A DNA stretch of 64,000 nt from a virus. The position numbers and the translations under genes were made by a program. This document shows, one piece after another, positions 53,094-61,979 of this stretch; the first letter of the stretch is position 1, and each line of letters opens with the position of its first letter. The notes beneath the pieces are model-generated. The model had not been told where the DNA came from, did no database searches, and saw only the letters and a program-made list of their open reading frames with translations. The stretch lies in IMG/VR virus record IMGVR_UViG_3300045988_115146. One strand, 5' to 3'.

Positions 53094-53516
53094 ATGGCAA
53101 CTAAGAAAAAGGCAGTAGAAGCAAAGGCTGCAAAAACTAAGACTAAGAAAAGCGGTAAGAAGGAATTGACCGCAGAGGAGAAGAAGGCCAAACGTGAGGC
53201 CATGAAGGAGCGACTCAAGAACCGGGCACCTGGTCAGCGACCCAACAGCAAGCAGTGCGATATTATCGACCTTGGTGGTGGTAACGTAGTAAAGACCTTT
53301 GCCATGAACGTACGTAAGTACGGTGTCCTCATTACGTCGGTAGTAACCGATAAGGATGGTAAGGTAATTGCTGTCTCGAATGAGACAATCCCTGGCGTAT
53401 CGGTTAAGTCCAAGAAGGAGCACGGGAACCTTGTTCCTAAGATGCCCGGTATGGGTAAGAAAGGCAAGGAAGCCGAGGAAATCGTGGACGATGAGGATGA
53501 TGAAGATGAGGAGTAG
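53094..53516 (+). CDS. basic protein with an acidic tail (K-rich N-terminus, DDEDDEDEE C-terminus)
   Basis: 140 aa. It is visibly GC/CpG-richer and uses AAG-biased codons compared with its neighbours. Confidence 0.55.
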   Translation: MATKKKAVEAKAAKTKTKKSGKKELTAEEKKAKREAMKERLKNRAPGQRPNSKQCDIIDLGGGNVVKTFAMNVRKYGVLITSVVTDKDGKVIAVSNETIPGVSVKSKKEHGNLVPKMPGMGKKGKEAEEIVDDEDDEDEE

Positions 53517-53562
53517 GCTTTATGCCAAATAACCGATTCTGACTTCAGTTTTGAGTCATGCA

Positions 53563-53604
53563 GGGGAGGTCATCCAAGTAGCCTGGGTGAACCTCCCCAT
53601 TTTG
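53563..53604 (+). terminator. rho-independent terminator
   Basis: ggggaggt (53563-53570) pairs with acctcccc (53591-53598), followed by attttg. Confidence 0.55.
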
Positions 53605-53615
53605 TATAGAAATAT

Positions 53616-53834
53616 ATGCAAGAAGACGATGATATTATATACCTGGCATTATGTAATCAATTGCAATCATATCAGCTATTGCTAGAGGAAGAAAAAGATC
53701 TTTCCGAAGAAAATAGAATGATGGCGGAATATATTATCTCTAGAACATTGCATTTGATTGAAATATATGCCCAGAAAATAGGAAGTGATACCTCTATTCA
53801 AAAACCAAAATGGGACAATTTAACTCGTCAGTAA
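53616..53834 (+). CDS. hypothetical protein
   Basis: 72-aa ORF. Confidence 0.4.
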   Translation: MQEDDDIIYLALCNQLQSYQLLLEEEKDLSEENRMMAEYIISRTLHLIEIYAQKIGSDTSIQKPKWDNLTRQ

Positions 53835-54190
53835 ATGGGCTGATCTATCGTATAAAGGACCTGAGTAAGTTAATTCAGGATATAGATATAAGGTTATCAA
53901 TACCAGGATTATCACCCGGAAAAAAGCAAGCCTTAATAAAGGATAGAACCTTAAAATTAGGCAAGGTGAAGTCACTAGTGAAGAGGATAGGAGATCTCAC
54001 AAATGGTAATATAATAACTATAACCTTTGAAGATAAGAACACTAGTGATAGATTCAGGATAGTATATACCAACATATCTCAAGAGGACGCCATTGTTCAC
54101 CTTAAATTAATGGCTAGTTTACAAAAGAGAGAAATAATTATCTCAGAGGTAAAGGAAGTGCAAACCAAAAACTCCTTGACTAAACTATAA
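53810..54190 (+). CDS. hypothetical protein
   Basis: 126-aa ORF. Confidence 0.45.
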   Translation: MGQFNSSVNGLIYRIKDLSKLIQDIDIRLSIPGLSPGKKQALIKDRTLKLGKVKSLVKRIGDLTNGNIITITFEDKNTSDRFRIVYTNISQEDAIVHLKLMASLQKREIIISEVKEVQTKNSLTKL

Positions 54191-54234
54191 TCATGTAAAG
54201 GTAATCAAAACTCATTTTAATCAACTCAACTACA

Positions 54235-54780
54235 ATGGCAAAAGAAGTTAGTAAGAATGACCTGGCTGCTCGTAAAGCACGCAAGGCTCAGAAGGAAATG
54301 CTGGCCTACATGGAAGAGAACAATCTTGATCCTAAAAAAGATTGGACAGGCCACAAGAAACATGGTAAGAAAATACAGGCTTGGATTGATATCATTAACC
54401 TGGGAAACAAAAAGGCTCGTGAATTGAATGAGGAGAAGGCAATTGAGAGACACGAAAAACGGAAGAGTAAAAAGCCCGAAGTTCATCCCAAGAAAGAGAA
54501 GGTAACTAGCACTCCTAATGCTTATGACTACCCGAAGGTTGATGGCAAGGAAATGACTTCTGATCAGAAAAAGAAGTATCGTCAGAAGATGCGTACTCTT
54601 CTGAAAACTATGTCTAAGGAAAAGGCAGAAGTGGAAGGAAAGAAGTATGCTGAAAATTTGGCAAAAGAAAAACCAGTTATTCCATTTAAGAGGAAAGAGG
54701 AGCCTGTAAAGGTGAAAAGGGTAGAAAAGAAGGCTTCAAAGGATAAGAAGAAAAAGAAGGCCAAGAAAGAGGAGGATTAA
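54235..54780 (+). CDS. K/E-rich protein, paralog family with 57099-57554
   Basis: 181 aa. YDYPKVDGKEMTSDQKKKYRQKMRTLL parallels YIYPADCEDTLSRKKFRQQVRNKI in the ORF at 57099. Confidence 0.55.
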   Translation: MAKEVSKNDLAARKARKAQKEMLAYMEENNLDPKKDWTGHKKHGKKIQAWIDIINLGNKKARELNEEKAIERHEKRKSKKPEVHPKKEKVTSTPNAYDYPKVDGKEMTSDQKKKYRQKMRTLLKTMSKEKAEVEGKKYAENLAKEKPVIPFKRKEEPVKVKRVEKKASKDKKKKKAKKEED

Positions 54781-54809
54781 TAGATTAGGCAATCTGTAAA
54801 CCTCTAATG

Positions 54810-54840
54810 CCCCGGATCATACTCAGGTTCGGGGTTCTTT
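54810..54840 (+). terminator. rho-independent terminator
   Basis: ccccgga pairs with ttcgggg (one G-U pair), followed by ttcttt. Confidence 0.5.
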
Positions 54841-54874
54841 GTTAGATATACCCATATAACACCACTGAATTTAA

Positions 54875-54908
54875 TTTGCATATTATAATTAGAAATATTA
54901 TATTTGCA
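54875..54908 (+). promoter_or_regulatory. Bacteroidota-type promoter (-33 TTTG, 20-nt spacer, -7 TATATTTG)
   Basis: TTTG at 54875-54878 and tatatttg at 54899-54906, followed by CAtaacGAATAAA. ATG at 54928. Confidence 0.7.
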
Positions 54909-54927
54909 TAACGAATAAATTTAAAAG

Positions 54928-55386
54928 ATGAAAATTAATCGAGGCTGTATCAGGTTAAAATTGCAAAGTCATTTATCCGCTCAGGATATCTGGAATCAAA
55001 TTATGGATGTGCAGATTCAGGCGCTAGAATCCCTTTTAGAGGATAAAAGCTTAGATAAATGGAAAATTATATTCCCTTGTTATGGAACTTCTCTAGAATC
55101 AGTAGAATCATGGGCAAGGGAATATATAGAATCCTTTAAAATGATGAAAGGAGATACCTTTAATAATAGGTATGATGATATTGAAAACATGTTAGTAAAT
55201 GGACTAAACCAAAGATGGTTCAATACTATAATGAGTACATTATATATGATGGAAGAGGACTTAATGGAAATGAGTTCTGATTCAGTATTCATTCTTTGGG
55301 ATATTTTATTTACTTGCCAGGCATTGAGGAAGGAAAATAATGTAGTAGCTATGGGACTTAATATTTTCGAGCTTAAAGGACGATAA
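54928..55386 (+). CDS. hypothetical protein
   Basis: 152-aa ORF after the promoter. Confidence 0.5.
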   Translation: MKINRGCIRLKLQSHLSAQDIWNQIMDVQIQALESLLEDKSLDKWKIIFPCYGTSLESVESWAREYIESFKMMKGDTFNNRYDDIENMLVNGLNQRWFNTIMSTLYMMEEDLMEMSSDSVFILWDILFTCQALRKENNVVAMGLNIFELKGR

Positions 55387-55388
55387 CG

Positions 55389-55616
55389 ATGAAAGAAGTA
55401 TTTAATACCACGGGATCATCCAGAATTGAAAAGGTTATTTTTGACCTCGATAATAGGGATATAACCATAACTTTCAAGGGAAATAAGGTATACAAATATG
55501 TTTCTGTATCGGAGTTTGATTTTAATACTTTCAAGGATGATATTGAAAATGGTTTATCAGTAGGCAAATCATTTGAAAGAAGGATTAGGAATAAATATGC
55601 AGGCCAAAAGCTATGA
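55389..55616 (+). CDS. KTSC-domain protein
   Basis: SSRIEKVIFDLDNRDITITFKGNKVYKYVSVSEFDFNTFKDDIENGLSVGKSFERRIRNKY fits the KTSC pattern (S..i..v.Yd...L.v.F..g..Y.Y..V....f.......S.G..f...Ir..y). Confidence 0.55.
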   Translation: MKEVFNTTGSSRIEKVIFDLDNRDITITFKGNKVYKYVSVSEFDFNTFKDDIENGLSVGKSFERRIRNKYAGQKL

Positions 55617-56032
55617 AAAGGTATTACACACCAGAAGGAGAACCAGATGAAGCAAAAACTTTATGGGAAGCCGTTAAAACTGGTATCATAGGAATATCGG
55701 CATTTAGTGTAATCTGCATACTATGGGATGGTCAAACAGTTCCCCCTACTCCTGATTCAGAACCTCATTGGAAAAACTGGGATAAATCTAGACATGTATC
55801 AGAAGTAAAAAGTTATGACTACGAAAATGGTATAATTCATTATAGAGATGAAGTTACAGGATATAGACCCAGGGAGTTCAATCTTCATGGGTCTCCCGGT
55901 AGTTATGGTTCTGGAATAACATTGCAAGTATCAGGAGCTTCAGTACATTTGGATATGGAAGTAGAAGAACTGATGGATCAACTAACAGAAGATGTAGATT
56001 TTTACGAATACTTTGAACGAAATATGGATTGA
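55613..56032 (+). CDS. hypothetical protein with one TM helix
   Basis: 139 aa; TM segment GIIGISAFSVICILW. Confidence 0.45.
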   Translation: MKRYYTPEGEPDEAKTLWEAVKTGIIGISAFSVICILWDGQTVPPTPDSEPHWKNWDKSRHVSEVKSYDYENGIIHYRDEVTGYRPREFNLHGSPGSYGSGITLQVSGASVHLDMEVEELMDQLTEDVDFYEYFERNMD

Positions 56033-56033
56033 T

Positions 56034-56369
56034 ATGGCTGGTCTAATTAAATTCAGATTGAACAAGTATGTTAATGGCGATAGGCATAAAAGTATTTATG
56101 GATTCAAACCCAAAGCCGTTATTAAGTTTGAAAGAGTTACAATCGGTCAAATAATTGATAATGAAGTCTACTTCTACATAAGGGTAAAACCAGGAGAATC
56201 AAAGCATGCCTGCTTGAATTATATTCCAATACTGTGGAAAACTTTTAGCAGTCATCTGGAAGCTAAAGATGCAGTAGTAAAACAAGCAGAATCTATTTGG
56301 GAATCATTAGACATTTTTCATCCGTTAAAGAAAGTTAAATCAACCTATGGATTATGGGAAAAGAAGTAA
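56034..56369 (+). CDS. hypothetical protein
   Basis: The track start at 56013 is TTG. ATG 56034 follows the upstream stop. Confidence 0.45.
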   Translation: MAGLIKFRLNKYVNGDRHKSIYGFKPKAVIKFERVTIGQIIDNEVYFYIRVKPGESKHACLNYIPILWKTFSSHLEAKDAVVKQAESIWESLDIFHPLKKVKSTYGLWEKK

Positions 56370-56677
56370 AGAAAACTAATAGCTGGGTATGGAAGAAAGT
56401 ATTTGGTATAACTCTATTGGGATGGATGAATATCTTGATATTTCAATGGCTATTCATAAGGATATCCTATCATTGGGTATATGTAGACCCTAAGAATGAT
56501 GATGATGCTAGAACAGATGATTTTTGGGATGCAGAGAAACAGCAGTTTGTTGCAAAAACTTTCTACTACTATGCCATTATCGGGTGTATTATACCTCTAA
56601 CTGGATGGTGGGGAGACTATGTAATGCCGTTCAAATTCAAATGCCGTTTAACTAAAGTAAAAGAGTATTACGAATGA
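56354..56677 (+). CDS. hypothetical membrane protein
   Basis: 107 aa with hydrophobic segments (VFGITLLGWMNILIFQWLFI; YYYAIIGCIIPLTGWW). Confidence 0.45.
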   Translation: MGKEVKKTNSWVWKKVFGITLLGWMNILIFQWLFIRISYHWVYVDPKNDDDARTDDFWDAEKQQFVAKTFYYYAIIGCIIPLTGWWGDYVMPFKFKCRLTKVKEYYE

Positions 56678-56862
56678 GTACAGTAGAATTCAAATCAGCA
56701 TGTGCAGCACATAGAAAGTGTTGTCCATATAAGGCAACAGGTATGACAAAGTGTGGTGCCAATGAAAACATTACTCCTGACGGTAAATGTACTAATAAGG
56801 AATGCCACTACATGAATCAGTTCAAAGCTATACTAAGAAAACTATCAGCTAGTAAGCCATGA
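56674..56862 (+). CDS. small Cys-rich protein
   Basis: 62 aa with 6 Cys. Confidence 0.4.
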   Translation: MSTVEFKSACAAHRKCCPYKATGMTKCGANENITPDGKCTNKECHYMNQFKAILRKLSASKP

Positions 56863-56890
56863 ACAGACCTTTAAATAATTAGCAAAATAA

Positions 56891-56924
56891 TTTGCAGGGG
56901 TTCATATTTATATCTATATTTGCA
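56891..56924 (+). promoter_or_regulatory. Bacteroidota-type promoter, distal of a tandem pair (20-nt spacer)
   Basis: TTTG at 56891-56894 and tatatttg at 56915-56922, followed by CAtaaacAATAAAA. Confidence 0.6.
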
Positions 56925-57003
56925 TAAACAATAAAAGGGAAAGCAATAAAAGGTTAACACACTAGAGACCAAGAACACAACCACTAAGAAATTGATAAAA
57001 ATA

Positions 57004-57037
57004 TTTGCACATATAAAAAAGTTACTTTATATTTGCA
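57004..57037 (+). promoter_or_regulatory. Bacteroidota-type promoter, proximal of a tandem pair (20-nt spacer)
   Basis: TTTG at 57004-57007 and tatatttg at 57028-57035, followed by CAttagGAAATAAAA. ATG at 57099. Confidence 0.65.
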
Positions 57038-57098
57038 TTAGGAAATAAAAATAAAAATAACTTTTAATTAATTGTATAACCATTTAAAATTGTAAGCC

Positions 57099-57554
57099 AT
57101 GAAAAAGGAAAAAAACACCAAGGCTCAGGAAGTTAAAAAGACCAATCTGGTAGAGGGTATCAATAACCTCATCGAAGAAAAAGCTGAGAAGGTCGAAAAA
57201 TCAAAGAAAGCTCTGAAGGTAGTTGGCAAAGAAAAGGAAGCTACAGAAAAGGCCTCAGAGAAGAAGGTCAAGAAAACCAAAAAAGAAAAACTGGTTGATA
57301 AAACCAAGAAAAAGGTGGAAGCCAACCTCGTAGAGGAGGTAGTAACAAAAAGGGAAGTAAAGTATATTTATCCCGCAGACTGCGAGGACACTCTTTCAAG
57401 AAAGAAGTTCCGGCAGCAGGTAAGAAATAAAATCCACCAGCTGGAATTGGCAATGCTCAGAATCGAGAACCAAGATTCTAAAGAGTTCAAGAAAGCCAAG
57501 AAGGAGTATCTTGAATATAAGAATCAATTCGTAAAAGAATCAGTTGCAATCTAA
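57099..57554 (+). CDS. K/E-rich protein, paralog family with 54235-54780
   Basis: 151 aa. It shares the Y-x-YP...KK[FY]RQ..R motif, and its codon usage is GC-richer. Confidence 0.55.
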   Translation: MKKEKNTKAQEVKKTNLVEGINNLIEEKAEKVEKSKKALKVVGKEKEATEKASEKKVKKTKKEKLVDKTKKKVEANLVEEVVTKREVKYIYPADCEDTLSRKKFRQQVRNKIHQLELAMLRIENQDSKEFKKAKKEYLEYKNQFVKESVAI

Positions 57555-57638
57555 TCTTTCATAGTAGGAGAGGGGTACAGGGCTAATTATTAAGTCCTGG
57601 CCCCTTAGTATAATGATCATTTAATGTTATGAAAGATT

Positions 57639-57944
57639 ATGATTGTTGGCTTACCAGAGAAAGCAATTCAGAAAGTAGATCATGAATTGTTAGAATTACA
57701 TAAAGAAGTTCTAAGAGCATATCTTACACAGAGAAATCTGAAACATAGGCATCAGAAGAAGTTTTTTAGGCTATACGATTACTACATTACTGAGAAGAAT
57801 ATAAGGAGATTCTTCTTCCGTTCTGCTAAGTTATTCGTATATGCCTTGGTAACTAATCGGCTGGATGATATAGAAGACTATGTACCAATAAAAGAAAAAA
57901 AAATTAATGTTTCCAGAGAAAGTAAAAAGCGTAACGCTAGATAA
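57639..57944 (+). CDS. hypothetical protein
   Basis: 101-aa basic ORF. Confidence 0.4.
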   Translation: MIVGLPEKAIQKVDHELLELHKEVLRAYLTQRNLKHRHQKKFFRLYDYYITEKNIRRFFFRSAKLFVYALVTNRLDDIEDYVPIKEKKINVSRESKKRNAR

Positions 57945-58323
57945 ATCAAGGATAACTTACTACCTTCAAACTACCAATATTGATAATATTTATAATGAAT
58001 TACCAGTAAACCCAGAGATATATAAGGTAGAAGATTTGGCATTTGACTGCAGTATAAGGTCTAGTCAGTATCTTCCAGATTATGCTATCAAGGGATATTT
58101 TAAGGTAGACGAAAATTTAAGGTATCCAGTATTTATAGAGAACACAAATGGGCCTCATTTATTATATATTACTGGGATGCCAAAGAATATATCGGTAGAA
58201 GAGAAGAATAAGTTCAGGTTTCAAAATCATATGTGGTTATCATACTGGGAAGATAACCTGGTAGGATATCTTTTTCAGGTAGTATCTAGAGAACAAGCAT
58301 TAATACACTTAATAAATCAATAA
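57907..58323 (+). CDS. hypothetical protein
   Basis: 138-aa ORF. Confidence 0.45.
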   Translation: MFPEKVKSVTLDKSRITYYLQTTNIDNIYNELPVNPEIYKVEDLAFDCSIRSSQYLPDYAIKGYFKVDENLRYPVFIENTNGPHLLYITGMPKNISVEEKNKFRFQNHMWLSYWEDNLVGYLFQVVSREQALIHLINQ

Positions 58324-58343
58324 TTTGTAAATAATAAAACACT

Positions 58344-58808
58344 ATGAAGACCAATGAGTATGTAAAACAGTTTAAGTTGGATAGAGAAAATTACAACTTC
58401 AACCGGGAAAAATTCATGGAGGCCTTTGGCCAGGAGTTTAAGGACCGTATTGAGGCAATGATAACTGCCTGCCAAAAAATGAAGGTTCAGTTCACATACG
58501 AAAAATTCCTTCATGCAGTAAAAGAACAGAAGGATAAATTCCGGAGTATTTCTAATAGGAAAGCTGGTGAGCCATTCTCTGAAAAGTTATTCTCTGCATT
58601 CTTTGCCTTACATGTAATTCCTATTAGAGCAAACCTTTTCCCCAATCTACATGCAGAATTGGAAGAGAAAAGGAAAAAGGCCATTGAAAGGTATGAAAAG
58701 ATTAAGGCAGAATTAGAGGCCAAGGAGAAAGAGGAAAAGACAAAACAAAAGCGAATGGAACCCATTTTGGAAGCAATAATAGCTTATGGAGCTGCACATG
58801 AAAGATAA
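58344..58808 (+). CDS. hypothetical protein
   Basis: 154-aa helical ORF. Confidence 0.5.
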   Translation: MKTNEYVKQFKLDRENYNFNREKFMEAFGQEFKDRIEAMITACQKMKVQFTYEKFLHAVKEQKDKFRSISNRKAGEPFSEKLFSAFFALHVIPIRANLFPNLHAELEEKRKKAIERYEKIKAELEAKEKEEKTKQKRMEPILEAIIAYGAAHER

Positions 58809-58893
58809 GCCTAATATGAAGAGATAATTCCTAATAATACAAGACTCTAAAGTTACTAAGATTTTATGAAGACCATTTTTAGAAATTGCCAAA

Positions 58894-59127
58894 TTGGCCC
58901 AGGATAAAATTGTAAACTTCTATCAAGGAGCTGGTGAAAGTGAAGTAAATATAAGCTTTTGCTATAGTATTAGTTCAGTGGATATAGAGATAGTATATCC
59001 CATACATGTACAAAAGCTATTTTCAGAACTTTTTGCTATGAGTAACCAGCTTAAAGCTGAATGTCATATTGGGGAATATAAAATAACCCTAAGCTCTTCA
59101 AAATTGAAGGTAAGCCTAATTCAGTGA
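58894..59127 (+). CDS. hypothetical protein (TTG start)
   Basis: 77-aa ORF whose only start is TTG. A nearby ATG at 58866 is in another frame. Confidence 0.3.
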   Translation: MAQDKIVNFYQGAGESEVNISFCYSISSVDIEIVYPIHVQKLFSELFAMSNQLKAECHIGEYKITLSSSKLKVSLIQ

Positions 59128-59159
59128 TCCAGCAACCTGATTATTAAATAGTTAACTCT

Positions 59160-59188
59160 AAAAGGCCCTTTATTTGGTAAGGGCCTTT
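59160..59188 (+). terminator. rho-independent terminator (10-bp stem)
   Basis: aaaggccctt (59160-59169) pairs with aagggccttt (59178-59187), followed by a T-run. Confidence 0.7.
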
Positions 59189-59235
59189 TATTTGGTTATT
59201 AATAGATCAACTATTAGATACCAAAATACAACACT

Positions 59236-60090
59236 ATGAAAGAACAAAAAATAGCTCAAAGGTTCCCAAGAGGAATTGGTATAACTCAATTGGCTATACA
59301 AGCTAACAATGGCGATGATGAAGCTATGAAGAATTTGACCAAGTTCATAATCCATATATGGATAGTGAATAATGGAAAACTTTGGTCAAGATATTATTCA
59401 GTAAATGAACTAGCAGATTTTCTTAGATGTGAACCCGCAATAGTTCAGATGCAAATGAAACAAACGTTTCTAGACAACGGTTTATTTGACCGTAACAAGA
59501 TGGAAGAAATCGCTGATTCATTGATGGGGGCTTGTATAGGCTGGGCACTTGAGGATCGTATGGAAATAAGCCAACAGCTTCAAATACTCCGGGATTGTCA
59601 GGGAGGAAAGTATGCTCCTTTCATAACCTCTGAAGTAAATAAAGCTATCGGGTTAAAACAACAATCTACAACTTCTCTTCAGAGTCTGGTAAGAGCCATA
59701 TCCGGAGGTGGTACTGTGAATATTTTCAATCAACAGAACAATCAATTCAACAATGGAGTATCTGAAGAACAGACTTTAACTCGGGATGAAGCTATGACTC
59801 TGATCCAAAAAGAGATTGCCAATAAGGGAGGTATAAAAGAGTTAGAGTATGTAGAAAATCAGTATGACTTCAAAGAATTGCCCGTTGTAGTTGCAACTAA
59901 ACAAGAAGGTAATAGGGGAGATAAAGAAGGATTAACTCTCAGAAAGGCCGAATTAGATAGCGTAACAGCAGACTATCATGGTGCCTTAAAAGCCTTTGAT
60001 GAAGATCATCACCAAATCCGACGAGAAATCGAAGAGGGGATAGACTATGAAGAAATCGACCCAGAACTCGAGGATAACCCCGAAATTTAA
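59236..60090 (+). CDS. hypothetical protein
   Basis: 284-aa ORF with an acidic C-terminus. Confidence 0.5.
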   Translation: MKEQKIAQRFPRGIGITQLAIQANNGDDEAMKNLTKFIIHIWIVNNGKLWSRYYSVNELADFLRCEPAIVQMQMKQTFLDNGLFDRNKMEEIADSLMGACIGWALEDRMEISQQLQILRDCQGGKYAPFITSEVNKAIGLKQQSTTSLQSLVRAISGGGTVNIFNQQNNQFNNGVSEEQTLTRDEAMTLIQKEIANKGGIKELEYVENQYDFKELPVVVATKQEGNRGDKEGLTLRKAELDSVTADYHGALKAFDEDHHQIRREIEEGIDYEEIDPELEDNPEI

Positions 60091-60124
60091 TTTGCAAATA
60101 TTGATTTAATTCGTTATATTTGCA
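60091..60124 (+). promoter_or_regulatory. Bacteroidota-type promoter (20-nt spacer)
   Basis: TTTG at 60091-60094 and tatatttg at 60115-60122, followed by CAtatcGAATAAAAAA. Confidence 0.7.
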
Positions 60125-60148
60125 TATCGAATAAAAAATAATAAAACT

Positions 60149-60289
60149 ATGGATTTAATAATTCAGGCAAGAGGGGCTAAGATTACTATCGAGGTTGATG
60201 GTAAATTAAGGGCAGTATCAGCAGATGATAAGGAAGTGAAATTCTACATTTCGGGTGAAGAAGATATCCGAGAAGCCTCTAAAAATTAA
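60149..60289 (+). CDS. small ORF (46 aa; below the ORF-track cutoff)
   Basis: MDLIIQARGAKITIEVDGKLRAVSADDKEVKFYISGEEDIREASKN*, starting 25 nt downstream of the promoter. Confidence 0.4.
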   Translation: MDLIIQARGAKITIEVDGKLRAVSADDKEVKFYISGEEDIREASKN

Positions 60290-60409
60290 CATCTTTCAAT
60301 ATCTGGCACAATCCCTACCCTCATTATTTGGGTATTCCCTTTGAAGTAGGAGATTTAGAACCGAGATATAAAGCCGAAATTCAATTCAATCTATAATTAA
60401 ACACCCACT

Positions 60410-60931
60410 ATGAAAGAAATTCTAAATGCAACCAAAGTAGTTGACAAGGTTAATCAACTAATCTCTGAGGGTAAGAAAATCAAGGTATTCGGTTTACCCT
60501 ATCCCCCCTATCAGGAGGATATTGTATTCACAGATACTAAGGTGAATCGACAGGGATGGTTATGCACTAACAGCAAAGTAACTCTGTCAGTAGCTGCATG
60601 TGCAACCAAGATAAAGATACATACCATTACAGGTTGGTCTAATCTTTTCAAGTACATGGAAAATGGTAGATATGTAGATACCATTAGTGAGGATGGTAAA
60701 TACATCGGAATGTTCATCACAGAAGATATATGTCCTGGCATGCTTCTGGGTGCATTCGATACTGATAAGCTCATAAACTTGGGTATGATATTGGATGTAA
60801 CCGATAATGAAGAGGGAACTCTTCGTACAGTGACTTCCATAAATAGGGACTTCAGTGAAGGGCTTTATCATTTTCCCTCTCATACTCCCGAGGAAAATGG
60901 AAAATACTTTGTATTTGATCGGATAATGTAA
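60410..60931 (+). CDS. hypothetical protein
   Basis: 173-aa ORF. Confidence 0.5.
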   Translation: MKEILNATKVVDKVNQLISEGKKIKVFGLPYPPYQEDIVFTDTKVNRQGWLCTNSKVTLSVAACATKIKIHTITGWSNLFKYMENGRYVDTISEDGKYIGMFITEDICPGMLLGAFDTDKLINLGMILDVTDNEEGTLRTVTSINRDFSEGLYHFPSHTPEENGKYFVFDRIM

Positions 60932-60949
60932 TATTAACCCTTTATAACT

Positions 60950-61303
60950 ATGCACACTAATAATAAGATCAATCTTTTAATCCGGGCTAGTAGACTTTAC
61001 TGTCGACCCAAATATCTTGAATTCAATTCAGGGTATTATCCCCAGATCGAATACATTATCAGAGGTTTTATCAATAAGATATTCGGTACAAAACCCCTGG
61101 AAAGAATGGTGAAAATATCGATATTACCTCTATTTCGGACTGTATTCACCGGTAATAACTACTACACTAAATATGTGGGGATAACAATAAATGTAGTATT
61201 CCCCGATACTTCGGAATTGAATTTTGAATTATGGGCTGAACCCCCTATCATTAATGCTTGGACTCATTCATATAAGCCTAAACCTGTACCAACTAAGGCT
61301 TAA
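60950..61303 (+). CDS. hypothetical protein
   Basis: 117-aa ORF. Confidence 0.45.
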   Translation: MHTNNKINLLIRASRLYCRPKYLEFNSGYYPQIEYIIRGFINKIFGTKPLERMVKISILPLFRTVFTGNNYYTKYVGITINVVFPDTSELNFELWAEPPIINAWTHSYKPKPVPTKA

Positions 61304-61319
61304 TTTAATAAAGACCATT

Positions 61320-61347
61320 AGACCTCTTATCTAGAGGTCTTATTTTT
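61320..61347 (+). terminator. rho-independent terminator
   Basis: agacctct (61320-61327) pairs with agaggtct (61333-61340), followed by tattttt. Confidence 0.65.
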
Positions 61348-61425
61348 GTTTCTTAAGTAACTAGAACCCTTTATAATATAAAAGTTCTAGAAATCCCTAC
61401 CACATGCCAATACCGAGAACTTTTA

Positions 61426-61459
61426 TTTGCATATTAAGTATAATTTTATTATATTTGCA
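61426..61459 (+). promoter_or_regulatory. Bacteroidota-type promoter (20-nt spacer)
   Basis: TTTG at 61426-61429 and tatatttg at 61450-61457, followed by CAtaaagaGAAATAAAG. ATG at 61500. Confidence 0.7.
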
Positions 61460-61499
61460 TAAAGAGAAATAAAGATATAAACCCTAAAATTTAAAGGCT

Positions 61500-61703
61500 A
61501 TGGAAAAGAGAAAAATCAAGGATTTGAAAAGAGGAGATTACTTTACTCTTACCCCTGTTAAAGAGCCTAACATCTCTCAAGTATGGGTCAGAGGAGAATA
61601 CATTCCTCAGGCTAAATGCTACAGTACATACAAATGGGAGAACATCAATCATGAAGTAATCCGAAGAGGAGACAAAGAAGTTTACACGGATTTCACATTC
61701 TAA
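61500..61703 (+). CDS. hypothetical protein
   Basis: 67-aa ORF after the promoter. Confidence 0.45.
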   Translation: MEKRKIKDLKRGDYFTLTPVKEPNISQVWVRGEYIPQAKCYSTYKWENINHEVIRRGDKEVYTDFTF

Positions 61704-61715
61704 TCAATTACCACT

Positions 61716-61973
61716 ATGAAAACTAAGAGTTATCCAATCGATTCAACCTTTACGGTAAAAGATCTGATGCAAGTATTGGAGGATATGGACCCTCTGGCAC
61801 CAGTAATGGTAGCAGTTCAGCCTATGTGGCCACTCGAACATGGTATTACTGGAGTAGTATGCGACTGCAACGGCACAGTTTATCTTGCAGCTTCAGAAAA
61901 ATGCGAATATTTATCAGAAGAGGCTAAAGAAGCATTCGAAGTAGCTGGTATACCATTCCAGGCCGACCGTTAA
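61716..61973 (+). CDS. hypothetical protein
   Basis: 85-aa ORF. Confidence 0.45.
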   Translation: MKTKSYPIDSTFTVKDLMQVLEDMDPLAPVMVAVQPMWPLEHGITGVVCDCNGTVYLAASEKCEYLSEEAKEAFEVAGIPFQADR

Positions 61974-61979
61974 TTTTAA

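Noticed and set aside
58866-58910. ATG at 58866 (MKTIFRNCQIGPG*) as the true start of ORF 58894-59127 via an indel in the T5 run
   Set aside because: This would need a frameshift with no supporting evidence. The 13-codon ORF may be chance, and the case cannot be settled without reads or orthologs.
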